A stretch of DNA of 64,000 nucleotides from an uncultured Gemmatimonadaceae bacterium (GCA_963790305.1 CAWBOC010000009.1:256001-320000); one strand, 5' to 3'; shown: positions 17,885 through 27,546, numbered from the stretch's first letter. The notes: generated by a model not told the origin, from the sequence alone. Numbers and translations are program-made.

Positions 17885-19609
17885 CTACTGACCTCGGAGC
17901 GCCTGCGCCGAGTAGAGCCGCCCGCCGATCGACACCCATCGCACCGCGGACGGCGACTCGGGGATGCCACGCAGCGTGCCCTGGACGATGACGAAATCGG
18001 CCGGATCTCCTTCGCGCAATACGCGCGCGACGACGGTGTCGCTGGATGAGAGCAGACGCGGCGCGAGACCGCCATCACGATCGAGGCCCGCTTGCACCTC
18101 TCGCGTCGTCGCGTCGTCCTGCACCGCCAGCCGCATCGCGACAATGCCCCGTGCGAGCGCGCCTGCGCCCCAGCCAAGATCGGACACACTCCATCCGTCG
18201 GCGCGAACACCGGGGATCACCGTGAGCCCGGTGCCCCGCACCACGGGAACGCCCTTCTCGACCTTCACTTGGGCACGGCTCCCGATGCGCGCGATGCGCC
18301 CATCCTCGACGAGGAGGACAGCGTTGCGCCGTGGCCCATCGGAAACGCCATCGAGCACGGTCGCTCCAACAATGGCAAAGCGATCGGACCGGGTCGGCTT
18401 CACATCGTCGGCCGCATCGCGCACCAGTCGCAGCGCATCGCGGCGCGCCAATGCGAGCAGGTAGGGCATCGCCGCCTCCCAACCTTCTCGCAACGCGAAC
18501 GTTCCCGTCATTCCGCCCAATGAGGCGATGAGGCCCCCGGTCGTATCGGCCCAGAGCGTTCGGCGTCCCCATCCCGACCCACTCGCTCCAATGCGCTCGA
18601 GGATGATGCGCCGATCACCAATGAGTACCGAGTCGCGGCCGACCACCGTTAGGCTCACGGCCGAGTGTCCGGGGATGGCGAGGCTCGTTGGCCGACTCGA
18701 CCGATTCCACCGGCGCAACAGTCCCCCCCACGGCGAAACGGCCGGCGATTCCGGGAGCACGAAGAACCCCGACGGTGTCTTCACGGTGCGCGCGGTCGAG
18801 CCCGTGCCAATGCGAGTGCGAGCGCCAAGCACCGTCACCGTCGCACCCTCGTCGCCTTCGACCTCGAGCCGTCGCGGGATGTAGCTCGAGTCGGTGCGCA
18901 GGGTGACGAGGAGCGGTTTCGCTGAGCTCGCTGCCGACTCCACCCGCGCAATGATGGCCAGCGAGTCCTTGCCACGCACGAGCTCCCACCATTCGCGCGC
19001 CACGCCCTTGCCGCCGACATAGTGCCGGAGCGTACCACGTTCCTCGACATGAATCGAAGCACTGAACGGCACGTTCCGGCGAAGAGAATCACCTGCCAGC
19101 ACCGGGGCAGCGGCGTCGCATGCCACTCGCCACATCGTCACGTCGGCGGTCTGGACCTGCCGCTCGAAGTCCCACGTCGTTTCGGCGATACCGCGCAGCG
19201 TGTCGCCGCGGTGATCGAGTGACATGTTCACGCCGCTGAACCCCGTCGTCCACCGGAGCTGGATGCTGTCCGCCCGGCCCATGTTCCACCATGAATAGCG
19301 ATGCACGCTGGGCGTCGCGCCGGGCGCCGGGCGCAGCAAGAGATTGCGTCGCTCGTATGGACGCGTTCCGATCGTCGAATCGATCAGGACGCGCGAGGGC
19401 GGCGTCACGATGCGCTCGTCGGGACCCAGCATCAGGGTCGGCGTCCAGGCGCCCATCCGGACCTCCCAGCATCCGACCACGTCCGGCCAACTGGCGAGAG
19501 GCGCTGGAGCCACCCGCGCTGGGGCGACCTCGATGGGCTCGCGGGGTCCGCAGGCAATCGACGCCGCTGCGGTGGTCAACGCGAGTAGATAGCGCGTGCG
19601 CGTCAACAT
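17885..19609 (-). CDS. Multidomain lipoprotein ending in a truncated amidohydrolase-like module
   Basis: Lipobox-like SIAC; AIVGATVLDG...DGRIARIG...TVIPG and EGDPADFVIV...VSIGG. Confidence 0.65.
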   Translation of the reverse strand: MLTRTRYLLALTTAAASIACGPREPIEVAPARVAPAPLASWPDVVGCWEVRMGAWTPTLMLGPDERIVTPPSRVLIDSTIGTRPYERRNLLLRPAPGATPSVHRYSWWNMGRADSIQLRWTTGFSGVNMSLDHRGDTLRGIAETTWDFERQVQTADVTMWRVACDAAAPVLAGDSLRRNVPFSASIHVEERGTLRHYVGGKGVAREWWELVRGKDSLAIIARVESAASSAKPLLVTLRTDSSYIPRRLEVEGDEGATVTVLGARTRIGTGSTARTVKTPSGFFVLPESPAVSPWGGLLRRWNRSSRPTSLAIPGHSAVSLTVVGRDSVLIGDRRIILERIGASGSGWGRRTLWADTTGGLIASLGGMTGTFALREGWEAAMPYLLALARRDALRLVRDAADDVKPTRSDRFAIVGATVLDGVSDGPRRNAVLLVEDGRIARIGSRAQVKVEKGVPVVRGTGLTVIPGVRADGWSVSDLGWGAGALARGIVAMRLAVQDDATTREVQAGLDRDGGLAPRLLSSSDTVVARVLREGDPADFVIVQGTLRGIPESPSAVRWVSIGGRLYSAQALRGQ

Positions 19610-19731
19610 GCTCGTCCTCGGAGCCACCTCGATCCTCCTGAATTCCGTTCTCGCCGAGCGCCCGCGGGCGCCTTTACGCCGGCACAATGCACAAACCTTG
19701 CTCGCGGGCCGTTCCGCCCTGAAACCGCAAT

Positions 19732-20340
19732 GTGAGGTCCGCGTACGGCCTTGGGGTCGGCGCAGGCGGGGGCGTGCGCGGGCTAATGATCGGCGGCGTT
19801 GGCGTAGGCAGCGGCGGACGCCTCAGCGGAATCACCATCGCAGGCGTTGGCGCGGGGTCGGGCGGAGGGGTCGACGGCCTCACGATCGCCGGGCTTGGCG
19901 TTGGAAGCGGCGGCCAAGTCCGAGGGATCAGCATCGCGGGGCTTGGCGTCGGCGCGGGCGGGGGCGTCTCCGGCGTCAGCATCGCCGGGCTTGGAATCGG
20001 CTCGGGCGGAGAGATCCGCGGGCTGGCGATCGCTGGAGGCGGCGTGGGATCTCCGAAGATCTCCGGGATCGTGATCACCGGCATCGGGGCCGGCACGCTC
20101 GACTTCAACGGGGGCGTGATCGCGCCTTTCTACTTTCGTATCGAGAAAGAGGGGTCGATGCGAGGCGTATCGGTGAGCGGGTTCAATCGCCTGAGTGGCG
20201 TGCAGCACGGGCTCACGATCGGCGTGCTCAACATCGCCGAAGAGCTGCGTGGTGTGCAGATCGGCCTCATCAACATCGCGCGTCGCAACCCGAAAGGGCG
20301 GCGCGTGCTACCGGTCGCGAACTGGGGCTCGCGCGACTGA
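19732..20340 (+). CDS. Gly-rich 15-aa repeat surface-type protein (LA_2272-like), apparently 5'-truncated
   Basis: About 7 repeats of GxxIAGLGVGSGGxx, then GVQIGLINIA...LPVANW; no signal peptide. Confidence 0.6.
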   Translation: MRSAYGLGVGAGGGVRGLMIGGVGVGSGGRLSGITIAGVGAGSGGGVDGLTIAGLGVGSGGQVRGISIAGLGVGAGGGVSGVSIAGLGIGSGGEIRGLAIAGGGVGSPKISGIVITGIGAGTLDFNGGVIAPFYFRIEKEGSMRGVSVSGFNRLSGVQHGLTIGVLNIAEELRGVQIGLINIARRNPKGRRVLPVANWGSRD

Positions 20341-20805
20341 CGCCTGCGTCGCGGCCGGTGAGCCCCGAATGAAGGCGATGAGATCGGTGGGTTGCGGCTC
20401 GGCGCCCGCACCGCGAACGAGCATCGAGACCTGCCCGCGGTGGTAGCTACCGTGCATGGCCACGTGTAGCAGGATGTCCTCGATCGCGTTGTCGAACTCG
20501 TCGCCGGCGCTGTTTCGATAGTGCACCACGCGCCGAACGTCGCCACTCGCCAGGCGGTCGAGATATGCCCGAAATGTGCGGCCATTCTCCGCCGCGACCT
20601 GCGCGCATTCATCGACCGTCAGTATTGGCCAGACCGGTATGGACGGCGGCCGCTGCTCGAGCCGCGCGACCCAGACATGCTCCGCGCCGAGCACGTGCGC
20701 GTAGAGATCGAGCGCGCGCTTCGGAACTCCTGATTGGCGGAGCGATTCGAGGATGCGCTCGTCCGCCCAGGCCATGTGATCAACCAACGTCCGGAGATGG
20801 TTCAC
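20308..20805 (-). CDS. DinB/YfiT family protein
   Basis: HMAWAD, AHVLGAE, HVAMHGSYHRGQ. Confidence 0.88.
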   Translation of the reverse strand: MNHLRTLVDHMAWADERILESLRQSGVPKRALDLYAHVLGAEHVWVARLEQRPPSIPVWPILTVDECAQVAAENGRTFRAYLDRLASGDVRRVVHYRNSAGDEFDNAIEDILLHVAMHGSYHRGQVSMLVRGAGAEPQPTDLIAFIRGSPAATQASVARAPVRDR

Positions 20806-20815
20806 GTACCGGGCC

Positions 20816-21175
20816 TCAGAGCCGCGCGGGCTCCTGGACGGTCCGCTCGTCGATGACGTTCCCGGTGTTGAGCGTACCCGCCGGCTCGAACAACACCACT
20901 TCGACCTCGTCCTCAGCGACCGGGCGATGCTCGACGCCTCGCGGCACCACGATCATTTCGCCAGGTCCGACATCCACCACGCGATCGCGAAACTCCATGC
21001 GAAAACGCCCGCGGTGGACGAGAAAGAGCTCGTCTTCGTGGTCATGGTGATGCCACACGAACTCCCCGCGAAACTTGACGAGCTTGACGTGCTGCCCGTT
21101 CAGCTCGGCCACTATTCTCGGACTCCAGTGCTCGTCGATCGCGGCGAACTTCTCCCGAAGATCGATGCCGACCAT
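20816..21175 (-). CDS. Cupin domain protein
   Basis: GEFVWHHHDHEDELF, VPRGVEHRP. Confidence 0.9.
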   Translation of the reverse strand: MVGIDLREKFAAIDEHWSPRIVAELNGQHVKLVKFRGEFVWHHHDHEDELFLVHRGRFRMEFRDRVVDVGPGEMIVVPRGVEHRPVAEDEVEVVLFEPAGTLNTGNVIDERTVQEPARL

Positions 21176-21176
21176 G

Positions 21177-21635
21177 TCAGTCTCCCGCGCGGGCCCGCGT
21201 CGACAGCGGCGGACACGCCGCGCCGATCGCTGCCACAATCTCTCCGCGTGAGCGTCCGGCTGTCCAGCCGTATGCGGTCTCGAGCTCGTCTGTGATCCGG
21301 GCCAGCACATTCTCGCGTGGATACCCGACGGCGAGGTCCCACTGCGCCTCGGCGCAAAATGCGTCGGCCTCGGAGCGCAGCTTTCCGTCGATGGTCAGCC
21401 GTGCGGCGTACGAGCGGACGGCCCCCATCTCCTCGCATTGAGCGGCGTGCGCGCGCTCATGAATCTCGGCCAGCGTACGTGAGCGCCCGCTCAGTGTCGA
21501 ATCGATCCGCGTGATGGGGCCGACAATCGGAAGACAGATCGTCATCCCATCGAGTCCTTTGGGGAGCGGAGCGCGCGCGGCCGCGAGCGAAAGCGCGAGG
21601 AGCCCAGGCGCCAGCAGCCAGACTACGCGACGCAT
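21177..21635 (-). CDS. Small secreted HExxH protein
   Basis: Signal peptide; IHERAHAAQ...RSEADA. Confidence 0.6.
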   Translation of the reverse strand: MRRVVWLLAPGLLALSLAAARAPLPKGLDGMTICLPIVGPITRIDSTLSGRSRTLAEIHERAHAAQCEEMGAVRSYAARLTIDGKLRSEADAFCAEAQWDLAVGYPRENVLARITDELETAYGWTAGRSRGEIVAAIGAACPPLSTRARAGD

Positions 21636-21763
21636 GGAGATGCGGCGATCGCGCGCCACGGTGTGGAGCCGATGCGTCACGAACAGGTGCGATCCGGGCA
21701 TGGTCGCTTCCCCTCGACGCCCGTTTTCGGGCACTCGACGTGGAGGGCGCTACGAAACTCCGC

Positions 21764-22204
21764 CTATGCACCTCGTAGCAAGTCAAGAAGCGCGCCGAAC
21801 ACCACGATCGATCCCCACACCGCGAGTCCGATGAGCAGAAGGAGCGCAAGGAGGATTCCCGCGACCGTGAGCGCACTTGCTTTCTTCGTCGATGCCGGCT
21901 GCTCGCGCCACGACTCGAGGAGCCGCACGTTGCGAGTGTTGGCTCGCCAGGCGACGTCGAAGACATCGCCAATGAGCGGGATGGCGCCGAGGACCACGTC
22001 AATGGCGACGTTGGCGAGCATCCGGCCGAGTACCGGCGTGGGCGCTCCAGACCGCGCGGCCTGGAGGACGATGAGCCCGGAGAAGAGGCCGCCGGCAACG
22101 TCACCTCCGCCCGGAAGGAGGCCGAGGAGCGCATCCAGGCCAATGCGGATGTTCGTGCCCGGAATTCGAATTGCCTCGTCGAGGACACGCGCGAGGTCGC
22201 GCAT
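21764..22204 (-). CDS. DUF4112 family membrane protein
   Basis: LDEAIRIPGTNIRIGLDALLGLLPGGGD...GDVFDVAWRAN. Confidence 0.88.
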   Translation of the reverse strand: MRDLARVLDEAIRIPGTNIRIGLDALLGLLPGGGDVAGGLFSGLIVLQAARSGAPTPVLGRMLANVAIDVVLGAIPLIGDVFDVAWRANTRNVRLLESWREQPASTKKASALTVAGILLALLLLIGLAVWGSIVVFGALLDLLRGA

Positions 22205-22214
22205 GGGGCTGCGC

Positions 22215-22667
22215 TCAGTCGGCGAGGTCAGGGCGTCCCTCCAGGCGTATCATCGTCGCCGTCATGATCGCGACCTCGCGCTCCTCTGTCCCATTGATTG
22301 CCTTGACCGTTCCTTCACAGATGGTCAGGGTTCGTCCCGCGCGTCGTACCCGGCCGCTGGCCAGAAATCGTTCACCACGTCCGGGAGCGAGCAAATTGAC
22401 CTTGAACTCCACGCTCATCACTCCCGAACCCGACGGCATGAGCGACAGCGCCGCATAGCCGCAGGCGCTGTCCGCGATCGAAGCGACGGCGCCGGCGTGA
22501 AGTACCCCGTGCTGCTGCGCCAGGTCATCGCGCCATGGAACCTCAATGACGACCGCCCCGGGAGCAACGGACACGATGCGTGCTCCGATCGTCCCCATGA
22601 ATCTCTGCCGCGCGAAGGAGTCGCGAACGCGGCGTTCGTAATCGGGATCTGGCGCCGAGCGGGGCAC
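22215..22667 (-). CDS. PaaI family thioesterase
   Basis: QQHGVLHAGAVASIADSACG, VEFKVNLLAP. Confidence 0.9.
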   Translation of the reverse strand: MPRSAPDPDYERRVRDSFARQRFMGTIGARIVSVAPGAVVIEVPWRDDLAQQHGVLHAGAVASIADSACGYAALSLMPSGSGVMSVEFKVNLLAPGRGERFLASGRVRRAGRTLTICEGTVKAINGTEEREVAIMTATMIRLEGRPDLAD

Positions 22668-22670
22668 TCG

Positions 22671-23003
22671 TCAGACGATGGTCAGCTTGAAGTACAGCTC
22701 GCCACCGGGATACTCCGGCGCGCGGTCCCATCGCCGCTGCGAGTCGGAGATCATGTCCCGCGCCGTCGTGATGGACGCGGGCGCGTCGAGGGGAAGCGCG
22801 AACGATCCCTGGTGCATGAGCGATTTCGTGCGCGTGCCATCGGCGAGGCGCACCCACCCTTCCCATGATTCGACGCGCATGCCCGCGCGACCGAGGTGAT
22901 CGAGTGCGGTGAGCGCATCGTCGTGCCGCATTACCACGTCCTGCTTCGAGAGCGATCGTGCCGCCAGCTCCTCTGGCAGGACCGCAAGATTCGAGGATGA
23001 CAT
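22671..23003 (-). CDS. Hypothetical protein, possibly Imm40-like
   Basis: Compact ORF in an operon; remote resemblance judged by eye only. Confidence 0.5.
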   Translation of the reverse strand: MSSSNLAVLPEELAARSLSKQDVVMRHDDALTALDHLGRAGMRVESWEGWVRLADGTRTKSLMHQGSFALPLDAPASITTARDMISDSQRRWDRAPEYPGGELYFKLTIV

Positions 23004-23053
23004 ACAGGCAATCTCGCGCGTCCGTGCCGTCACGCGCCAGTCAGTGGCCGCCT

Positions 23054-23509
23054 TTACGGCCCGCCGAGTGTGTAGCCGCGCGCGAGTGCAACGGCGACGA
23101 AGACGATCACCACGATCAGAAACGCCTCTATGGTGCTGATGCGGGCGATGCGGCGCGCCGCTCCGAACGCCGCGGTCTGGTTGCGTCCCATGGCACGGCG
23201 CCAGCGAATGAGCGTGATCATCGGCCAGATCTCGAGCGCGACGACGAGCAGGAACAATCCCATCTTCAGATGGAAGAGGGGATTCTGGAGATAGTACGAC
23301 GTCGCCTTGTCCGTGCCCACGAGCACGCGCGCCAGCCCGGTGGAGAACCACAACACGGCCGCGACGGCCCACCAGCTATCTGCCGCGAACGCACGCCGTA
23401 TCGCGGCCCCGTCTACGATCCCGCGGAGCGCACGGCTGCGCGCCCAGACCGCACCCAGGCCTATTCCCAGCGCGATCAAGTGTGTGGCGGCGAGCAGGAG
23501 GCGCAGCAC
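23054..23509 (-). CDS. DUF2214 family membrane protein
   Basis: ADSWWAVAA, TGLARV, YYLQNPLFHLKMGLF, MITLIRWR, ALARG. Confidence 0.85.
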   Translation of the reverse strand: MLRLLLAATHLIALGIGLGAVWARSRALRGIVDGAAIRRAFAADSWWAVAAVLWFSTGLARVLVGTDKATSYYLQNPLFHLKMGLFLLVVALEIWPMITLIRWRRAMGRNQTAAFGAARRIARISTIEAFLIVVIVFVAVALARGYTLGGP

Positions 23510-23667
23510 GCGGTGAGTCCCGGGGGGGTAGAGTGGCCTTCGAGTCGCGCAACCATACACCGTCGAGGCAGGGGCTGCAATGTGGAATCCGCCCTGGTTG
23601 CGCATCGCGGGTCGCGTGGCCACGTTGAGAAGCAGGCATTCTTCTGCCCTATGTCAGGAGGTCGCTC

Positions 23668-24915
23668 ATGCCCGGCACAATGCCCTCCATCGACCGCGAT
23701 GCGCTCACGCGTTTGAAAGCAGGGGACGAGCAAGCGCTGCGACGCATCTTCGACGACCACTACTCCACGCTGACCCAGGAAGCGGCCACCGTGCTCGAAG
23801 ATCCGGGCGGCGCGCCGCGGGTCGTCGAAAGCGTGTTCGTCCGCGTCTGGGACGAGCGAACGGAGTTCGAGTCGCCGGAAGCGCTGGAGTCGTTCCTTCA
23901 CAAGGCGACCCGCGAAGCAGCCGCTCGCGCGCAGAGTCGTCGCGCCTCGCTGCATCGATTCGAGTCGCACGAAGGTGTGCACGCCCACGGCAACTCGCAC
24001 CGCAAGGAGCCAACGACCGCGGGCGAAGCGTGGTCGCACGTGGAGCACACCATTTACGCGCGCTCGCATCGCGGCGAGACGCTGCATCAAATGGCCGATC
24101 ACTCGCGCCACGCCACCGCCGAGCACGTCGGCGGAATGACGAAGCGGAAACCCTGGCTCTGGCCCGCCATCGGACTGGCGGCCGTCGCGCTCGTGATCCT
24201 CACGCCGATCGCGCTCATCGATCGGGCGAGCGAGGACCGCGCGGTGACCGCGGGAATTCGCTCGCGAGAAGCGCGCACGCTCGTCGCGCGCCAAGGCAGC
24301 CGTACCGCCATTCGTCTCGGCGACGGCACCGACGTCACGCTCGGCGGCGACTCGCGACTCACTGTACCGCCCGGATTCGGCGACCGGCTGCGCGGTGTTG
24401 GATTGGAAGGCACCGGGACGTTCGTCGTTGCACCGGAACAGCCGCTCGTGTTCCAGGTGCGCACGAAGGACGTGGCCATCAAGGCCCTCGGCACCACCTT
24501 CACTGTCCGCGCGTATCCCGATGAGAACTTCGTCGCCGTGCGCGTGAAGGAAGGACAGGTCACCGTGCAGGGGCAACAGGACCCGCGCACGCTGACCGCG
24601 GGTCAGGCCGTGATGGTCGACGCCCAGGGCGTCATCCGCGAGCCCACTCAGCAGGAGATCGACGAAGCGCTCGCCTGGTCCGACGGCCGCCTGGTGATGA
24701 ACCAGAAACCAATGCGAGAAGCACTGCAGCATCTCCAGCGGTGGTACGCGCTTGGTCTCGTCGTCCGCGACTCCTCGATCCTGGACCGCCCCGTGTCCAT
24801 GAACGTGTCGCTCGACTCCTCGCGCAACGCGATCGCGGCGCTGGAGCAGAGCGCGAACGTGAAATTCGGATACGAGGGTCGTGTTCGCGTGTTGAGGGAT
24901 GGGGTGAAGAAATAA
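23668..24915 (+). CDS. Fusion of an ECF sigma region-2-like domain, a TM helix and a FecR periplasmic domain
   Basis: LKAGDEQALRRIFDDHY...VVESVFVRVW; TM WLWPAIGLAAVALVIL; LGDGTDVTL, ALGTTFTV, VKEGQV, LAWSDGRL. Confidence 0.8.
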   Translation: MPGTMPSIDRDALTRLKAGDEQALRRIFDDHYSTLTQEAATVLEDPGGAPRVVESVFVRVWDERTEFESPEALESFLHKATREAAARAQSRRASLHRFESHEGVHAHGNSHRKEPTTAGEAWSHVEHTIYARSHRGETLHQMADHSRHATAEHVGGMTKRKPWLWPAIGLAAVALVILTPIALIDRASEDRAVTAGIRSREARTLVARQGSRTAIRLGDGTDVTLGGDSRLTVPPGFGDRLRGVGLEGTGTFVVAPEQPLVFQVRTKDVAIKALGTTFTVRAYPDENFVAVRVKEGQVTVQGQQDPRTLTAGQAVMVDAQGVIREPTQQEIDEALAWSDGRLVMNQKPMREALQHLQRWYALGLVVRDSSILDRPVSMNVSLDSSRNAIAALEQSANVKFGYEGRVRVLRDGVKK

Positions 24916-25001
24916 GGGTGCTCAGGGTGCTCAAGGTGCTCAGGGTGCTCAGGGTTCACCTCCCTGAGCACCCTGAGCACACTGAGCACCCCGAGCACCC
25001 T
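24915..25001. repeat. 9-bp-periodic palindrome variant (AGGGTGCTC)4...(GAGCACCCT)4
   Basis: Read directly; 7-nt loop; ends 5 nt before the ackA ATG. Confidence 0.9.
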
Positions 25002-25006
25002 TCCTT

Positions 25007-26251
25007 ATGAACGTCCTCGTCCTCAACGTCGGCTCCTCCTCACTCAAGTTCGAGCTCATCGGGACTGACGCCGAGCGCATCGAGGCGAACGCGGATACGC
25101 GACTCGCCGGCGGCGCGGTGGAGCGGATTGGCGGGGAGGCCGTGTTGTCGCTCGACGTGAAGGGACGTGGCGGGCAGCGGTCGGTCGCGCCGCTGCGGAA
25201 CCTTGCCACCGCCGTCGAGCACGTGGCCGCGTGGCTGGTGAGCGAGGAGGCGGACGCGGGGATTGCCACGCTCGCTGAGATCGAAGCGGTGGGCCATCGT
25301 GTCGTGCATGGCGGCGAGGATTTCGCGCGATCGCAGCGCATCGACGAGGCCGTTCTCAAGGCGCTCGATGAGCTGGTCGAGCTCGCCCCGCTGCACAACC
25401 CGCATAACATTGCCGGCATCCGCGCCGCGACGCGCGTGTTCGGACCCGGGGTTCCACAGGTGGCGGTGTTCGACACCGCGTTCCATCACTCGCTCCCCGA
25501 GGTCGCGTACCTGTATGGCCTACCCTACCAGCTGTATCGCCGGTACAAGGTGCGGCGGTACGGATTCCACGGGACCTCGCATCGGTACGTCGCGCACCGC
25601 TACCGTCAGCTCACGGGTCGCTCGCGCGAGCGCACCCGACTCATCACACTCCACCTCGGCAACGGCGCGTCGGCGTGCGCGATTCTCGGTGGGGAATCGA
25701 TCGACACGTCAATGGGATTTACACCGCTCGAGGGGCTCGTCATGGGCACGCGGTCGGGAGATCTGGATCCCGCGATTCTCGACTTCGTGGCCAGCAAGGA
25801 AGGGCTGACGCTCTCGGAGATGGAGACGCTGCTCAACAAGCAGTCGGGGCTGCTCGGTCTCTCGGGTCTCACGCCCGACATGCGCGAGCTGCTCAACGAG
25901 ATCGAGGAGCACGACGACCGGCGCGCGCGGCTGGCGGTGGAGGTGTTCTGCTATCGCATCCGCAAATACATCGGCGCGTACCTGGCCGTGCTCGACGGTG
26001 CCGATGCGATCGTGTTCGCCGGTGGAATCGGGGAGAACGCCGCCGCGATCCGCGCGCGGGTCTGCAGCGGTCTCGAGTGGATGGGAATCAGCGTCGATCC
26101 CGACGCCAATGCCTCGCTCACGACGGGACGCGAGGGGCGATTCAGCAAATCGGACAGCCGGGTCGAGCTCTGGGTGATCCCGACGGACGAGGAGCTGCTG
26201 ATTGCGCGCGATACGTGGAGGGTGGTCACGGGGGCGCCGTTGCGATATTGA
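25007..26251 (+). CDS. ackA: Acetate kinase
   Basis: [58 protein letters not shown]. Confidence 0.97.
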   Translation: MNVLVLNVGSSSLKFELIGTDAERIEANADTRLAGGAVERIGGEAVLSLDVKGRGGQRSVAPLRNLATAVEHVAAWLVSEEADAGIATLAEIEAVGHRVVHGGEDFARSQRIDEAVLKALDELVELAPLHNPHNIAGIRAATRVFGPGVPQVAVFDTAFHHSLPEVAYLYGLPYQLYRRYKVRRYGFHGTSHRYVAHRYRQLTGRSRERTRLITLHLGNGASACAILGGESIDTSMGFTPLEGLVMGTRSGDLDPAILDFVASKEGLTLSEMETLLNKQSGLLGLSGLTPDMRELLNEIEEHDDRRARLAVEVFCYRIRKYIGAYLAVLDGADAIVFAGGIGENAAAIRARVCSGLEWMGISVDPDANASLTTGREGRFSKSDSRVELWVIPTDEELLIARDTWRVVTGAPLRY

Positions 26252-26591
26252 AACGGCAAAGATGACAGAATTCAGAACCGCATTGAAGCATCCAGGTTCA
26301 AAGGGGGGACGCGGATTCTGCGGATGCAACGGATACTGCGGATTGCTCCATGCGCCGTGATCCTTCTTAGACAGGAGCCAAAGGGCGGTTGCCTTTTCCT
26401 GCGCGAGGAGAGTTCTCGGCGCCAGGAGCGATCCGCCTGATCCGCGAAATCCGCGAAATCCGCGTCCCCCCTTTGAACCTGGATGCCAGCGTCGCGCACG
26501 TCGTTCGCCACAAACGACCACGGGGAGCCGCCAACTGGCTCCCCGTAGGTTTTGTCGGAATTCCATTCTGAATTCTGTCATCGTTGCCGTT
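26252..26591. mobile_element. Nested MITE/REP-like element: outer 26-bp IR (25/26 match) enclosing an inner perfect 30-bp IR (26288-26317/26457-26486)
   Basis: AACGGCAA(A/C)GATGACAGAATTCAGAA and GCATCCAGGTTCAAAGGGGGGACGCGGATT are both repeated in inverted orientation. Confidence 0.7.
26520..26546. terminator. GC hairpin ACGGGGAGCC-loop-GGCTCCCCGT between convergent genes
   Basis: 10-bp stem, followed by aggtttt. Confidence 0.45.
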
Positions 26592-27027
26592 CTCTCACGA
26601 CGAACGCGTACAACAACCCGATCAACCCAACCTGAATCATCGCCCCCGGCGCGAGCGCCGGCGTCGCACCCATCATCGCCTCGCGAAAGAGCAGCCACCG
26701 CGCCGCGTTCGGGTTCTGCTCGAGCTCGAACTCGACATTTCCCGCGTAGTGCATGTAGAAGCCGATGAATCCGGCGACGATGAAGAGCGTCATCAGGATT
26801 CCCCACGCACGAGCGCTCGCGCGGCTCGGGGCCAACGCGTGCCAGGCAAGTGCGGCCAGCCCCAGCCCAAGCAGAATCAGCGGGACGAGCTGCCATGTGT
26901 CCTCGAAGTGCTCGATGAGGAGCAGCTCCACGAGGAGGCCGGCCATGGCCAGCACGAGGATGACGACGAGAACGCGCCGGACGAGGGCGAGGACCGCCTC
27001 GCTCGAACGCTGGTCAGTGGTGAACAT
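26578..27027 (-). CDS. Hypothetical 4-TM membrane protein
   Basis: Hydrophobic helices; ELLLIEHFED, PALAPGAM. Confidence 0.75.
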   Translation of the reverse strand: MFTTDQRSSEAVLALVRRVLVVILVLAMAGLLVELLLIEHFEDTWQLVPLILLGLGLAALAWHALAPSRASARAWGILMTLFIVAGFIGFYMHYAGNVEFELEQNPNAARWLLFREAMMGATPALAPGAMIQVGLIGLLYAFVVRERQR

Positions 27028-27041
27028 GGCGGCCTAACGCA

Positions 27042-27413
27042 TCACGTCGATGGCTTGCGGCTGTCGTAACGCCTCGAGGTGATCACGAGTAACGCCGCCC
27101 CGATGAGGAGGACGAGCGCAGCCGGGAGCAGGAGCCAGGTGGTAATCGAATAGGGCATGCGCCGCGCAAGAACCACGAACAGGGCCGCGAAGAGCAGGCA
27201 GATGAACGCGGCAATGCGCAGCTGCCAGCCCGCGGTCGCGAAGGCTCGGTCGCTGCGAGCCAGCAGCGTCTGCACCGCCGCGACGTCCCCTTCGCAACGT
27301 CCTCGGCAGGCGGACATCTTGTTCACGTCGGCGGTGCAGCCCTCGCAAAGCCCGCGGCAGCAGTTGCGACAGGTGGCGACCGCGTCGACGTCGCGGTGGT
27401 AGTAGCAGCGCAT
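27042..27413 (-). CDS. B-box-like zinc-finger protein with 2 TM helices
   Basis: MRCYYH...CxxC...CxxC...CxxxC, then two hydrophobic helices. Confidence 0.7.
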   Translation of the reverse strand: MRCYYHRDVDAVATCRNCCRGLCEGCTADVNKMSACRGRCEGDVAAVQTLLARSDRAFATAGWQLRIAAFICLLFAALFVVLARRMPYSITTWLLLPAALVLLIGAALLVITSRRYDSRKPST

Positions 27414-27546
27414 CTCGAGGCGACGGGGCGAAAACGACGGCCTCAATGTCGTCGCATCGCGGCGCAGGCGCCAGCCTGGCGGGTGCTCTGGCGAGGGGCA
27501 TCACATCGCCATCACATTCAACCACCGTCAACCGCCGAGCCTTTCC

